In this document: positions 21,666-33,221 of the stretch, one piece after another
Layout of the letters: each line of letters begins with the position of its first letter
How positions within the stretch are numbered: the stretch's first letter is position 1
Assembly (NCBI GenBank): GCA_000934665.2
Contig: JYFJ02003658.1
Location: 1-39,172 of the forward strand
Source of the DNA: Catajapyx aquilonaris
Lineage: Eukaryota
Reading direction: 5' to 3'
Length of the DNA stretch: 39,172 bases
Translations under genes and position numbers: made by a program
Notes under the pieces: model-generated
What the model was told of the DNA's origin: nothing
The model's database searches: none
The model's input: the letters and a program-made list of their open reading frames with translations, nothing else

Positions 21666-22550
21666 TGTGTGTGATGTGTGACTCATGAGTGGGTTATTCC
21701 TAACTGTGTGTCTTGTTTCCTTTTATGCAACAGTGGAACACATGCAGCGCCAGAGTGTGAAGTAATATTTGCAGGGAAGGGAATTTTATATTAAACAATG
21801 CCCCCACAACATGACGATAAATTCTGAGGTATACCAACCTATGTGTTGATGTCATTTTATGCAAATGATTAATTGTGTCGTAGGCTATGTTGACATTTAA
21901 ATTGGTGTGGAGTTATGAAATATCGTAGTGAAATGATGTCAGCTGTGACGCACGTCCTTTGAAATTGATATATATATTTTTAGGTATGAAAGCATGTAAA
22001 GGTGAATCTTGCACTTCTATGACACTGAAAATTGAGAAATTTGCACACTAGAGGCCTATTTCCATGTCTGAGGGAAGCGACCTTTTTGACTGCTTCCTAG
22101 CCCATTTGCGTTCAGATCATGTCACCTGTGCCACAGTGGCCTTTTCAGTTGTCACTTAAAAGTAAACTCAATTGTTTGCCCTTAAAAATATGAATGAATG
22201 CCCCACTAGAACCAGGACCTAACTCTATACTGGGAAAATGGTGGTAGTGGTGTGGGGGCAGGGGGGATTTATATACATTTACATCTATTTGAGTGGACAA
22301 TTTGCCACTCTAAAAATTGATAATCTGTTGGGGCCATATGCAATTCACGCTTTTAGAAATTCTCCCAAGGACAAAGAAGTCCTATAGAAGGTGTCTATTT
22401 CAAGTTTGAAAAAGTTAATTTTCAATTCCAGATTTTTCAAGTAGCCAGTGTTTTTCTACATGCACAGACAGGCAAAATAAGAGATAAAGCATTCTTGTGC
22501 CCCAGTTTTTATAAACACAAGTTATATCTACTTACCTGGTTTTGCATATA

Positions 22551-22991
22551 CAGGTTGAAGGGAAACTTGCAGACAATCGCCAGGTAGACTGATAGTACCA
22601 GTAAAACTAATTTAGGGATGTGCAATTAGTTTTGGGCGCTGTTGCATAGTTAATATGTACGGCGCTGTCAAAGTTTCGTGACGTCACATCTGTTCGCCAG
22701 CTTATAAGAAGCAAAAGCCAGCTCGAGGCCTCCGAACAATCCAGCCTTTGGGTCTGTAACACATTATCCATGTGCAATAGGTGATCAAATCCCGTCAGAG
22801 TAAGAATTCGGGTACGACACCCGTGCACTGTCTTTTTTACCTCATATTTTACCATCCGGCCTGCTACACTTTAAAGGCTCCGTACACATGAACTATGCAA
22901 CGGCGCCCAAAACTAATTACACATCCCTATATTAGTTTTACAAGTACTATCAATCTACCTGGCGATTGTCCCCGAGTTTCCCTTCACCCTG
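22551..22991. mobile_element. Tc1/mariner MITE with TIRs of about 115 bp
   Basis: TA-CAGGTTGAAGGGAAACTTGCAGACAATCGCCAGGTAGA...TCTACCTGGCGATTGTCCCCGAGTTTCCCTTCACCCTG-TA. Confidence 0.85.
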
Positions 22992-23287
22992 TAGACTGAA
23001 TTCCTGGTTGATGTTAACCTATTCGGTTCTGATGACCAATAGAGATCGAGTGTTCTGTCAAGTAAGAGGGTTTTCAATTACTGTTCATAAAGTTGACCAT
23101 TCACCTAAACCAAAGTCACATTTATTTGTCAAATGTAATCTTGAACAATGGCAGTGGCTATAAGCACAATTGTATTCCATGTGCATTAAAAAGGACTCTT
23201 GTTACTTCACAGATTCCCTCTGTACACCCTACCTGCAGAACAAATGGAACTTGTGCTTATGGAAAGGGCAAGGTGACAATTACAACC

Positions 23288-23614
23288 ATGAGGATTTGTA
23301 GTGTGTTTCATTTAATATGTCTCATGGTTGGCCTGGCCCTCTTTGTCTGTCTCCTTGTGCACCTTGGAAATGTGTATCTTCGTACACAGAAGCTGAACCG
23401 CATTCACTCATACCTAGATGATGTATGTGGTCTGCCTGCATTGATTATTATTTATTATATTTTCATTCTAATATTGTTTTCATTTTTTCAGGTGAAAGAA
23501 CTCTTCACTGAAATGGAGCAAGTGGATGAAGACATGGAACGGGTGAACAGTCGCTTTTCTTTGTTGAAAGTGCTTGTTAACCGAGTTCACCCAAATTCAC
23601 AACACTCTAGTTGA
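23288..23614 (+). CDS. Small uncharacterised membrane-anchored or secreted protein, about 85 aa; exons 23288..23422 and 23492..23614
   Basis: ACCATGA start context; hydrophobic segment LICLMVGLALFVCLLVHLG; 69-nt phase-0 intron GTATGT...TTTTTTCAG; second exon amphipathic and heptad-like (VKELFTEMEQVDEDMERVNSRFSLLKVLV). No family recognised, and the N-terminus could extend through upstream exons. Confidence 0.6.
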   Translation: MRICSVFHLICLMVGLALFVCLLVHLGNVYLRTQKLNRIHSYLDDVCGLPALIIIYYIFILILFSFFQVKELFTEMEQVDEDMERVNSRFSLLKVLVNRVHPNSQHSS

Positions 23615-23683
23615 CAGGGAATGATAATGGCTGTCAACTGATGAGGACATGATCTTTTGAGTCATTTGGATCTTAATAAGTAA

Positions 23684-23827
23684 AGGTGTGTTTACATGTG
23701 AGCGATTTGATCGTGCGATGTCATCGCCAAGCGATGAATCCAATTGTTTGGAGCGAAACTAACAATGACGGTAGCAATCATCATTCGGGTTGCTCGGTGA
23801 TGACATCGCTCACATATAAACGCACCT
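23684..23827. mobile_element. PIF/Harbinger-type MITE in the 3' region of the orphan gene
   Basis: TAA-AGGTGTGTTTACATGTGAGCGAT...ATCGCTCACATATAAACGCACCT-TGA. Confidence 0.7.
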
Positions 23828-24240
23828 TGATGGGAAGAATCTACTTCACTGATGCCAAAAATTGCACATGTTTAGTTACAAAATATGCAGTGAAACTGTT
23901 AAGTATATCGTCTTACTTTTTTGCTACTTATTAACTTCATGCTTGTGAAATTGCTGGCTGTGCATACCCAAAGATATCCTTTCAAAATCATTTCAAATGA
24001 GATTCATGCACTTGTACTAGTGCACCGGTGTTAGTCATGACAGTAATATACTGGGCCCTATTATTATTATCATGATCATAAATGACTTTAATTTTTGCCA
24101 TTAATGTGTCCTTTTCCAATGGAAGTTCTGTCTTTAGAGGGGCTTTATGAAAGGTGTGAATATGAAAAAATTAATAGTGCCTTATCTGGAGTGCAGGAAA
24201 ATTACAAGCAGATATGAGAAACTTAGAAATTAGAGTCTTA

Positions 24241-24345
24241 CAGCTGGTTGCATGATCAATGGTACATTCAGAACAAATAGCTGATACGTATTGTTTACCT
24301 ATTATTAATTACTTCGATGTACTGTTGATCATGCAAATGGCCCTG
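24241..24345. repeat. Small degenerate inverted-repeat element
   Basis: TTGCATGATCAATGGTACAT...ATGTACTGTTGATCATGCAA; similar CATGCAACTGCCCCT end at 19741-19755. Confidence 0.5.
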
Positions 24346-25194
24346 AGGCAGTGTTTTTCTGTGTGGATTCCATATAACTCTGGAGGAGTGGGCAGGTGGG
24401 AGGCAAGGTGGTCTTGTGATTAAGCATATTCCTGAGGGTTCAAGTACATCAAGAACTTTTAAGAGTCAACACTTTGCATTGGATATGCATTCAAAACTCA
24501 AAGAAGATTTATGGTTATAAGGTGAAAAAAATTCCCCATGTTAAAATTGTCATATCATCATGAAATAGTATCGGTTATCAATTGATGTATTTACTGCATT
24601 AAAGTGATGTGTAAGGCACGTTGTGGACATGGCCAGCAAATTTTTAACATGTCATTTTTCTTACTATCCAAGCTTTAATGACCCATGCAATAATATTGTG
24701 TGAGCGTGGTGTAGGCTACCATTAAAAGCAACTGTTAAAGAAGAGGCTAATTTTGTATCTCCAGGTAATAAAGCAGGGACAATGTGATTGTCTAGTGGAG
24801 AGGAGAAGGTAAGGAGAACGGTGTGAAAGTAAGTGATTTCCAGTAACATAACTTTGCCCCAAACCATTTGTGCTCAAAAATATCTTGCCCAATGAATTTC
24901 TTAGATAAAATTACCCAAGTTGATTTTGGCAATTTAAACTTATGAATTTTGTTATTCGGCCTAGGGCTGTAAGAAAGAATATTCTGCATCTTAGGTGACT
25001 TATGAGCACAAGTGGTAATAACCCAAAAAGTGGTCCCAGTTATTTATGTGTATAACAAAAAATGGGTCATTCTGCATCTGAAATTTGAAAGGCACCTACA
25101 GTATATCAAAGAGAATGTCCACATCCTTTCTGCCACGTTGCAGAGAGGAACTGTGAAAGTAAGTACGCTTTCAGAAAAGTAGCATTGAAGTAGG

Positions 25195-25200
25195 TTTATT
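25195..25200 (-). promoter_or_regulatory. Candidate polyadenylation signal for TECPR1
   Basis: AATAAA on the minus strand about 820 nt after the stop codon. Confidence 0.4.
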
Positions 25201-26020
25201 TACACTTGCTTGGTTCAATCGAGGCAAACATTACAACAATAACTTATAGATGTGATACTGCATCAATATAGCATGAGTAACAAAAGTCAGCTCAAGCCCA
25301 CCAGTGCGGGACACACGTCTCTCTCCTGATGACATTCTGAGAGATGTCTATAAAAATGGATCTGAGCTTACTTTTGAAATTCTGCTTATGATGTACAATA
25401 GGATTAGCAGTACAATCAAGTTACACTGTAATTATTTTCTTAAATAAGCTTACACAATCTGTGATGCACATTAGGAATACCTGACCCTTATTGTCACATT
25501 AATAATAGACATGCCACATTCTCAGTGTGGCTAAAATACTAATGTGAATTACACACGAATTCAGAAATTAAAACATCTTAAGGCCTCTCTTACATCATAA
25601 AATTACTAAAATATGTTTGAAAATATAATTTAAATATACTGGAATTTTTTGCTCACACCCACCCAAACTGGATAAGTTCAGCATATGCCATTGTGGCCAA
25701 AAAGAACAAAATATTATCCATATTGCAAGGCTCCAGTGAGTCCACTGGAAAACCAATATCTGTGCTCCAATGTGAACATCCAGCTTATGTCATGATTATA
25801 ATGTCCATTACCGTAGATTCACAATGGAACTGACACGTGACCAGAATTCCAGTGAACTTGTAACAGCTTTGGGACATCGTCTTAATCATTTTGGCTTCAA
25901 CAGTATATCACTGAAAAAGTGATTTAAATTTAGTGCAGGAATGTTTAAAAGAAATATTACAAGTACATTCACATTGTCTGGCATCATCACAGCTAAAAAT
26001 TTCAAGCAGCACCAGATCCC

Positions 26021-26062
26021 CTACTGCTTCCATCCCCGTCCACAAATGTGCTGCCATCCTCC
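26021..26062 (-). CDS. TECPR1: TECPR1 terminal coding exon (GGWQHICGRGWKQ*)
   Basis: TTTATTGCAG acceptor; GGW.HI matches the known TECPR1 last repeat; TAG stop. Confidence 0.85.
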   Translation of the reverse strand, partial: GGWQHICGRGWKQ

Positions 26063-26858
26063 CTGCAATAAAGTCATGCAAATATATCAATGGATATGGT
26101 CTAACTGCTATGCAATCATGCTGCTGGGAGACGACTGCTTGCATCATTGTCAGAAAACATTTTCCAGATTGAGGTCAGATTGTAGCAGGTTTGTATCACT
26201 CTTGTCAAGTTTTACAACCTGCAACTCCTTGTTGCTGATGTTTACCAAACAATAATAATGCAATATGGGCCATCAAAACTTAACTGATACCTATACAGAT
26301 TATTACATACAATCTGGCCTGACAATTGAAAGTAGCAGTGAAAAATTCATTGTTGTCAACAATAAACAGCTAGATAATTTCCATTTTTGTCACTTACCAA
26401 TGTGGAACAGGCAGGGCCGGCCCTAGGTGGGTGCGGGGCCTAGGGCAAGAACTAAATGCGGGGCCTATTCTCAGTGAGTGAATTTCTGTACAACACGAAT
26501 TGTGTATCCAACAATTTTGTTGGCTGACTTTCTTTAATAACGTACAACTGAGGGGCGTAGACAGAAAATTTAGGGTGCGGGCCCATAAGCAGTAGAGGGA
26601 GGGGAGCAAGCCCGCCGCAGGCGAAATTTTTTCGAAGTTCAAGGTCACACGAGCTGAGTTGAATGTAGTAGATTTGAATGGGTGTGTATTGATGAAATAC
26701 TCGTTCAAAATGTCATTAATTGTTGACTTATTTTATGAGCTCGCTCTCGCTCTCTCGCTCTCTCGCTCTCTCTCTCTCTCTCTCGCTCTCTCTCTCTCGC
26801 TCTCTCTCTCTCGCTCTCTCTCTCTCGCTCTCTCTCTCTCGCTCTCTCTCTCTCGCTC

Positions 26859-26902
<44 letters not shown>

Positions 26903-29900
26903 CGCGGGGCCCCCCAGAAGCGCGGGGCTCCGGGCGGTCGCCTGGACTGCCCACCCCTAAGGCCGGCTCTGGGAACAGGCTTTCAGACCATGGTGCAACA
27001 GGTACTCAAGACATTTACGGCTTAAACCTAGTGACACTTCCTTATGCATTGGCATACATTAAAACTGACAGCACATTTGGAATCAGTCATTTTTTTCTAA
27101 GTATGGAGCCGAACTTGCCAAAGAACTGAATCCTATAAGATCTAACAGGACAGGATATTAATTTAATTTACGACACAAGGCAATGTGATTCTCTCTTACC
27201 CCAGTTCCATAGTCCCATCCAGTCCCAACTGGATTGCTGGCAGAGACACCCGTCCTTCTACACACCACACCCGTCAAACTGCCAAAGTTGGAAGGCAAGC
27301 CATTCATGATGACCCACAACTGGAGGATGAATAAGTGCATTATTACCATGGTCTTAGAATACTAAGGTCTGGACACTCCCACTTATCGCCTGCCGGGGCG
27401 TTTTGCATGAGGTGCTCACCTGAGAGCGCCATGAGACCTTTCACGGAGCTATTATGTGGCGACCCTACCGGACTACGGTGAACTTTATAGGTACAAAAGG
27501 GAAGTGCCACATGTGGCCCCAACCTGGCCGCCGGCGACCATGTTGGGTCCCCCAATGTAGCGCGCTTCCCTTTTGTACCTATAAAGTTCAGCATAGTCCG
27601 GTAGGGTCGCCACATAATAGCTCCGTGATAGGTCTCATGGCGCTCTCAGGTGAGCACCTCATGCAAAACACCCCGGCAGGCGATAAGATTGTAGGGGAAG
27701 TGTCCGGGGGCTGATTGTTACTGTGCTGCCATTTTAAGAAGTCTTAAATTATAGGACATGTCAAAACTATTCAAAAGACTCAGAAAATGGCCCCTTATTA
27801 GCACCTACATGGTGGATCTGAATCTAGGTACTATGATGAATATGCAATGCAATATGAATGTTGCCATTTTAGTTGTACACATAATAGTACCTGGTTATCT
27901 TCTCCAACAGACACCTGCTGGACGTTGTCATTAACGATTCTTTTCCATGCTGTTCCTTCGGGAAAAAGGGGTGCCACTTCCTGCCGGTACAACAAGGAAC
28001 CTTCCTCATCCAGAGCCCATACAGATGTGTCCCCAACTGAAATTTGCTTTAGTCCACTCTTGGCAGGTCTTCCAACATACAGCCAATGAGACCCCAGGAG
28101 GCAGGAGGGCAGCACACCCATTCTAAGATAGACTGACCCATCTTTCCCCACTGCCCACACCTGTCCTTTCCCCCCAACACTAATGCATGAAAATGGCTGA
28201 TCATTGGGCACAGCTGTCCAAGACTTGCCCTGGAAAGTAAAAGGTAGTCAATCAACAATACAGTTCCATTTGGATGGTGTTATGCAATAATGAGTAAACC
28301 CACATGAGAACGGTTTTAAGAAAATAGGGCTTTGAACGTCATACCAGTGAAATTAAATCAGTGTTCATTTCTGTCATTTATGGCAGAAGTATGCAGATTT
28401 CACCAGTGTGATTTTAACTGAATGAAGTAGGATCCTTTACGTCAGTGGTTTTCAAACTGGGGTATGCAAACACAATTTTACGGGTACAATTTGGGGTGAA
28501 AGATATCGTGCAATGGCGTCCAATCTCTATATTATTTTGTGGGAACCATAATATTCTGATTCAACCAAAAGGAACCAACTTCTGAGAAAAACACAAAAAA
28601 TTGTCCTACTTATTCCCGTCTTTCTTTTTGCTATTATTACAGTTGAATCCGGATATAAGACTGCAAGGGACCGAGGAAATCAGTCTGTTATAACAGAAAG
28701 TCTGTTACAGCCGAGGCTGTTACATCTGGATTCAACTGTATTATTTTAGGGAAGATTTATTATATGCAGAGGCATTTTCTGACTGATGCCATTTTCATTC
28801 AGCCCACATACTGAAACTCAAGAAGCAACTGGTAGTCTAGTGTTAACTCGAAAATGCCAAAAAGTGGAGTTAAGTCCTTTTCCTAATATCTGGTTCAATT
28901 CTACCACTGTGCTTTGCAACGTTGTGAAGGATTCGAAAATAAACTCTGGCTGCACAGGCTGATCTACCTGGCCTTAAAAATTTCGAGTCACAATGAATGA
29001 AACAGAGGGCTTCAAGACATCACTGCCAATACAGAATTTCATGAGGAAAACAAGGAATTATCAAAGGAATTATCAAAAATTCCAATTTTGGGAATGTTGA
29101 GTAGGCTACAAGGTATCAAATTTTCTTGCTTTCCAATGTTCCGAGAATTTCAAAGCGGCAGTGGAGGCCCAGTTGAGGTTAGTGTTCAAGTCAACACATT
29201 GGAGCACAAGAATCAACTGGCGCAATAGTTTATAAATATTAATTTTCAGAGATTGACATGCCAATCATTTGCATCAGGACTTTGAGATTTCTTTACCCCT
29301 CCCGAACATGTCAGAGCAGAATCAGGAAAAGATCATCAAAATGTCTACGAATGGAAGTTTGAAATTTGAAATAACCCTTCTGAACTTTGGGCTGAAAAAA
29401 TGGAAGCCTATCCAGGCCTGGCAACCAGTGATCTGAAGTACTTAATACCATTTACTAACTGCCTAATTATGTGAAGCTCACAGTATTTTTGCGTTGACGT
29501 CCATGAAAACAAAGTATACTGTCATCGACTCTATGTTGAGAAAGACCTAAGACTTAAATTGACGCCACTTCTGAAAGAAAGCACACCCATCACGCTAACT
29601 GATAATACAGTGCACACAATTACAATATTTTCAGGTAGCCTCACAGGTCGGAGTTGGGGGTGGGGGGTCCAAACTCTCGACAGATTTGAAAAGGGGTACA
29701 CGACAAAAAAAGTTCGGGAACCACTGCTTTAGGTATATGTTCCTGGGCTTAGCTCAATTTTGAGATTTTTGTGGGTTGACAACTCATTGCATAACACTGT
29801 CCATATAAGCCCTGCATTCCTATGCATCTGTATTACAGCTAGGAATTGCTCTTATACTGTCATTCGGAAAATAGGAAACTACAGAGTTGAACAGGGAAAG

Positions 29901-32786
29901 TGATTTTGATGTGATTTGTGCGATAAGTTGAGGCAGGCAAGAAAAATCACTCTTGTGGATCAAAATTTGGTGGCAGGCCTGACATTCAGCATCCAAAAAG
30001 GGTATGGACTTAAGGCACCAATTTGAAGACATGTTAATGTACTTAAAATTATTTTTCATAGTTTAATATTGTCTGGCATAGCAGAAACATGTCTATTATT
30101 TAAAAATTCTTGGAATGGAGTGATTCCAATATCTACATGTTTCACTGAACTACTGGCAACAGTACCAAAAACACCACATAGACTGAGAATTATTAAACAA
30201 TACTACAGTCCGCTCAAGAAGTGCGGTCACAAAAGGCGTGGCCACTTTCCCCCCACCATGTCTCCCCCTTCTCTTTTCTCTTTGTGTTCATCACCTTTCA
30301 CTTTTGCTCTCCACCAATGGGCAAGAACTAGCCTGTCCTGGGACATTGTTTCCCCCACCAAACACCCAAAATCCTATGTATAAAAAATGTGGGCACACTC
30401 TTCTGTCCAGGCCTTCTTTTGTGACCGGACTTCTTGAGTCGACTGTATGTGGCTCCATACAAGAATAGGATTAATTAGGAATTACTGAAAACCCATCCAT
30501 AGGTGTTATGCATGCAACAAGCAAAATATACCTCGGGGCAATCTTGGGTCACTCCTATTCGGAATAGGGCATCTCCTGTAGAAGAAATAGCCCAAGCAAC
30601 AATGGAATGTTGGACTACCTGTGGAAAAGAAACAATTCAACATTTTGTGATCCATCTAAAGCTACTCCCATATATGAGGATGTGCACGGCAAAAGCGGCT
30701 ATCTTCGCCGAACCCTATTCCGAGAAAATGCCAATTTTGTAGATTTTATTTGTATGGCTGTACGTGGGAAAGCAGCCCCCCGCAACTAGCTCTCTTTTCC
30801 CATGCACTTAGCTGCTCCTCTATCCCCGGATGTAGAGCTCTGTATCAAATCGCATTCGGGGGGGATGTCTCTGAACCGTTCAGAGACTATCTATATTGGG
30901 GCAATTCCACGAAAAAGCAGACATGGGGTGCGGTTCTTACATCTTGACGCAGTTGGAATCTGAGTGACTAAAACCGATAGCATGTGGACCATGGTTTCCT
31001 TAGCCATGTTAGTTTGTGACAGTATCATTCCCAGCAACACAGTATTATTCCCAGAGTATCTAAGTGTGCGATCCGTTCGACTAATGCGCATTGCCAGCTG
31101 GTTATTCGCTGTACCGATATGTGAAAGGAAGAGAGGCAGACGTCTTCATATAATTCAAGGGCACAAAATGCAACATCGATCTGTGCAATCACTTTGCTGT
31201 ATTCATGAATGTGTGACCTTCCACAGCCACACCAAAAGGTATCCAAAGGGCGAAAACTGACCTAGTTCCTATTTCAGTGCAGCGGAGCCATTATAAGATT
31301 ATGAATTCACAGACATTCCAATCTCCAAAAATTTATGCTACTCCCAGTAAATCGCTGTAGGTTGTACGTAACGATGCCGGGTGGTACGTAACGGGTGGAT
31401 ATCTCAAATGTTTTCACGTTCAAAATGAGAAATCTCCCAATCTAATGACATGATGAGGTTCCTCGCACCCTACTGCTCCACATGCACTTGAGCTTCGAAA
31501 CCTGTGCTGTCAAATTTCGCAGAGTTTCCCCCTAGTTGCATATACCCCAGAAACTGGTGTCCAATGACGGATGGTATGTAACGAGATTTCAGACTATCGC
31601 ACACGCGTGGATGGCCATCAAATGAAATTTCCATGATGTCCCTCACCTTCACATTTCTGCGCTGCATCTGATTTTCATAACAGTTAATCTGTTACGGCAA
31701 GTACCTAGCCGCGGTGGACTCCTAAACACCTCAATATAGCTTCCGATGGTCTGTACGTAACGCGTGGAATTGCCCATTGTCAACTGCCAAGCAGCTCCTG
31801 TTTGCAGATCCAACCATCAGCCACCAATTGGAACGGTCGAAATGGCATTCATGTGGCTGATGGTTGGATCTACAAACAGGAGCTGATTGGCAGTTATCAT
31901 GGCTAATATAGATAGTCTCTGAACCGTTCAGAGACATCCCCCTTGAATGTGATTCGATACAGAGCTCTACATACAGGTATTCGGACTCTACATCCGGGGA
32001 TAGTGGACCAGCTAAGCGCACGGTCTTCTCTGTATGGCTAGATAGGAAGTTGCCGGGGGGGGGGGGGGGNGGAGGGGGGGGGGGGCTGGCTCAATGGCAG
32101 CTCGGCTAATATGAATCAAAAAATAAATATATCAACATAATAAAGTAACTCACTGCCTTGTGATTGGCCACTGGTCTTTTTAGATCCTCTTTTAAATTAT
32201 CAAGCTTTATTATAATCACTCTGTTACTGATGGATTTTGATTGTGAAAGGAAATGGGAGAATCTGCCAAAACCCACACTAGCAAGGACGGAATTCATTGA
32301 TACTCTTTCCAATGATCAAGTCCTCTCTTCGACCTGAGGATCAATCATGAGACCTAGCTATCTACTCCAGTAACACTTTCATTTTTTAACAAGTGTTTTT
32401 TACACCAATAATTACACAATTAGCTCTCTCTGTTCAACTAATAATACTCACTGGAAACATTGTAATTAATGTGCTGCAGACCTAACCAATCAGTCCTGTA
32501 CTTTTCATTTCGTGATATTTACACTCTTTTTCATTGAATAATACTGTACTTACTGAACTCCTCAAAGGTTATTTACCTGCAAGGAAATGCCGAGCAGCCG
32601 TGAAGTCTGGAGACGTTTCCAAGGGCCACTCGTCTGCAAGCAACATTTCCTAAACCAGCGCCTTCTTCTCACGTAGTCCATAAAACCCTTGTAGCCATGA
32701 TAAGAAACAGGAAAATCTGTTGCATACTGCCAGCCTTCTTTGTCCACCCCTCCTGGTGTGTGGAAGTCTATCTGCCAATCACGTTC
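26021..32786 (-). CDS. TECPR1: Tectonin beta-propeller repeat-containing protein 1, 3' part (last 5 coding exons; 5' exons not found in window)
   Basis: DysF-C motif (DWQIDF...DKEGWQYATDFP...DYVRRRRWFRKC) followed by tectonin repeats (VWAVGKDGSVYLRMGV; SVWALDEEGSLLYRQEV; WDYGTGGGWQHI); all junctions GT-AG, phase 0. Confidence 0.92.
26412..26971. mobile_element. hAT-type MITE with an internal CT microsatellite
   Basis: TIR CAGGGCCGGCCCTAGG / CCTAAGGCCGGCTCTG; perfect 8-bp TSD GGAACAGG at 26404-26411 and 26972-26979. Confidence 0.9.
26739..26900. repeat. (CT)n microsatellite with periodic CG interruptions
   Basis: About 160 bp of CTCTCT/CTCGCT. Confidence 0.97.
27200..27319 (-). CDS. TECPR1: TECPR1 exon (LWVIMNG...VCRRTGV...GWDYGTG)
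   Basis: CAG acceptor, GTAAGA donor. Confidence 0.9.
27366..27711. mobile_element. Palindromic fold-back MITE, possibly Harbinger-type
   Basis: Near-perfect arms 27382-27505 and 27565-27687 (CTTATCGCCTGCCGGGG...CCCCGGCAGGCGATAAG); outer GGACACT/AGTGTCC; internal short IR. Confidence 0.8.
27891..28229 (-). CDS. TECPR1: TECPR1 exon (GKSWTAVPNDQPF...VSVGEDNQ)
   Basis: CAG acceptor, GTACTA donor; tectonin repeats. Confidence 0.92.
28443..29726 (+). mobile_element. Internally deleted hAT (Buster/Charlie-like) element with decayed transposase C-terminus
   Basis: TIR CAGTGGTTTTCAAACT / AGTTCGGGAACCACTG; 8-bp TSD CTTTACGT/CTTTAGGT (NNNTANNN); relic peptides at about 29380-29570 (W...EAYPGLA...LIPF..YLCE..FALTSMKTK..RLYVEKDLRLKL) match the hAT dimerisation domain. 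Confidence 0.88.
28640..28738. mobile_element. Tiny pogo/Tigger-like MITE nested in the hAT element
   Basis: TA-CAGTTGAATCCGGAT...ATCTGGATTCAACTG-TA. Confidence 0.78.
30206..30445. mobile_element. Tc1/pogo-type MITE
   Basis: TA-CAGTCCGCTCAAGAAGTGCGGTCACAAAAG...CTTTTGTGACCGGACTTCTTGAGTCGACTG-TA. Confidence 0.82.
30532..30618 (-). CDS. TECPR1: TECPR1 exon (VVQHSIVAWAISSTGDALFRIGVTQDCPE)
   Basis: Found by hand; CAG acceptor, GTATAT donor; supplies the expected tectonin repeat. Confidence 0.88.
30770..32090. mobile_element. Unclassified long-TIR element of about 1.3 kb; each arm contains the hairpin GTCTCTGAAC-C-GTTCAGAGAC
   Basis: Inverted arms 30803-30897 and 31905-32020; internal repeated GTACGTAACG; exact ends and TSD not resolved. 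Confidence 0.7.
32577..32786 (-). CDS. TECPR1: TECPR1 exon, DysF-C domain
   Basis: CAG acceptor, GTAAAT donor; GWQYA.DF and VRRRRW. Confidence 0.92.
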
Positions 32787-33221
32787 CTGCAAGAAGACAT
32801 TTACTGTCAGCTACAATAATTGGATAGAAGATGTCATCTCAAGTCCACAGCAAATCAATATCTTGTCATTTTGAAATAATTACATGTAACACTAGCATGT
32901 AGCATATTACAGGATTTGATAACATTCAGTTATAGCAATTATGTAAATATCTTAATCTATAAATGAGGAAGCTTCATTGTTAGTTAGTTTGTCCCTTATA
33001 GAAATCCAGGGGAAGGCCCTTACACCGCCTTCAATTAGCACATCGGGGGTTACTTTTTCGAAGGAATCTAACGCCGCATGTTTCAGCTTCCGAAAATGAA
33101 CCTAACTCCCACAACACGCATATTCCCGAATCTTCTCCCTACTCGCGCCTCAACAATTAACATAATTACATAAACTTCTATAGCAACGACAACAATTTAT
33201 ATCTTTTCCCAAGTTTATATA

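Noticed and set aside
24664..24867. Minus-strand ORF behind a polypyrimidine tract, as an alternative TECPR1 last exon
   Set aside because: No similarity to TECPR1; the conserved terminal exon is at 26021..26062
26659..27129. ORFs with LSLSLS and ERERER runs
   Set aside because: Translations of the CT microsatellite inside a hAT MITE, not genes
30550..30570. Palindrome CCTATTCGGAATAGG
   Set aside because: Lies within a TECPR1 coding exon (ALFRIG); short and probably coincidental
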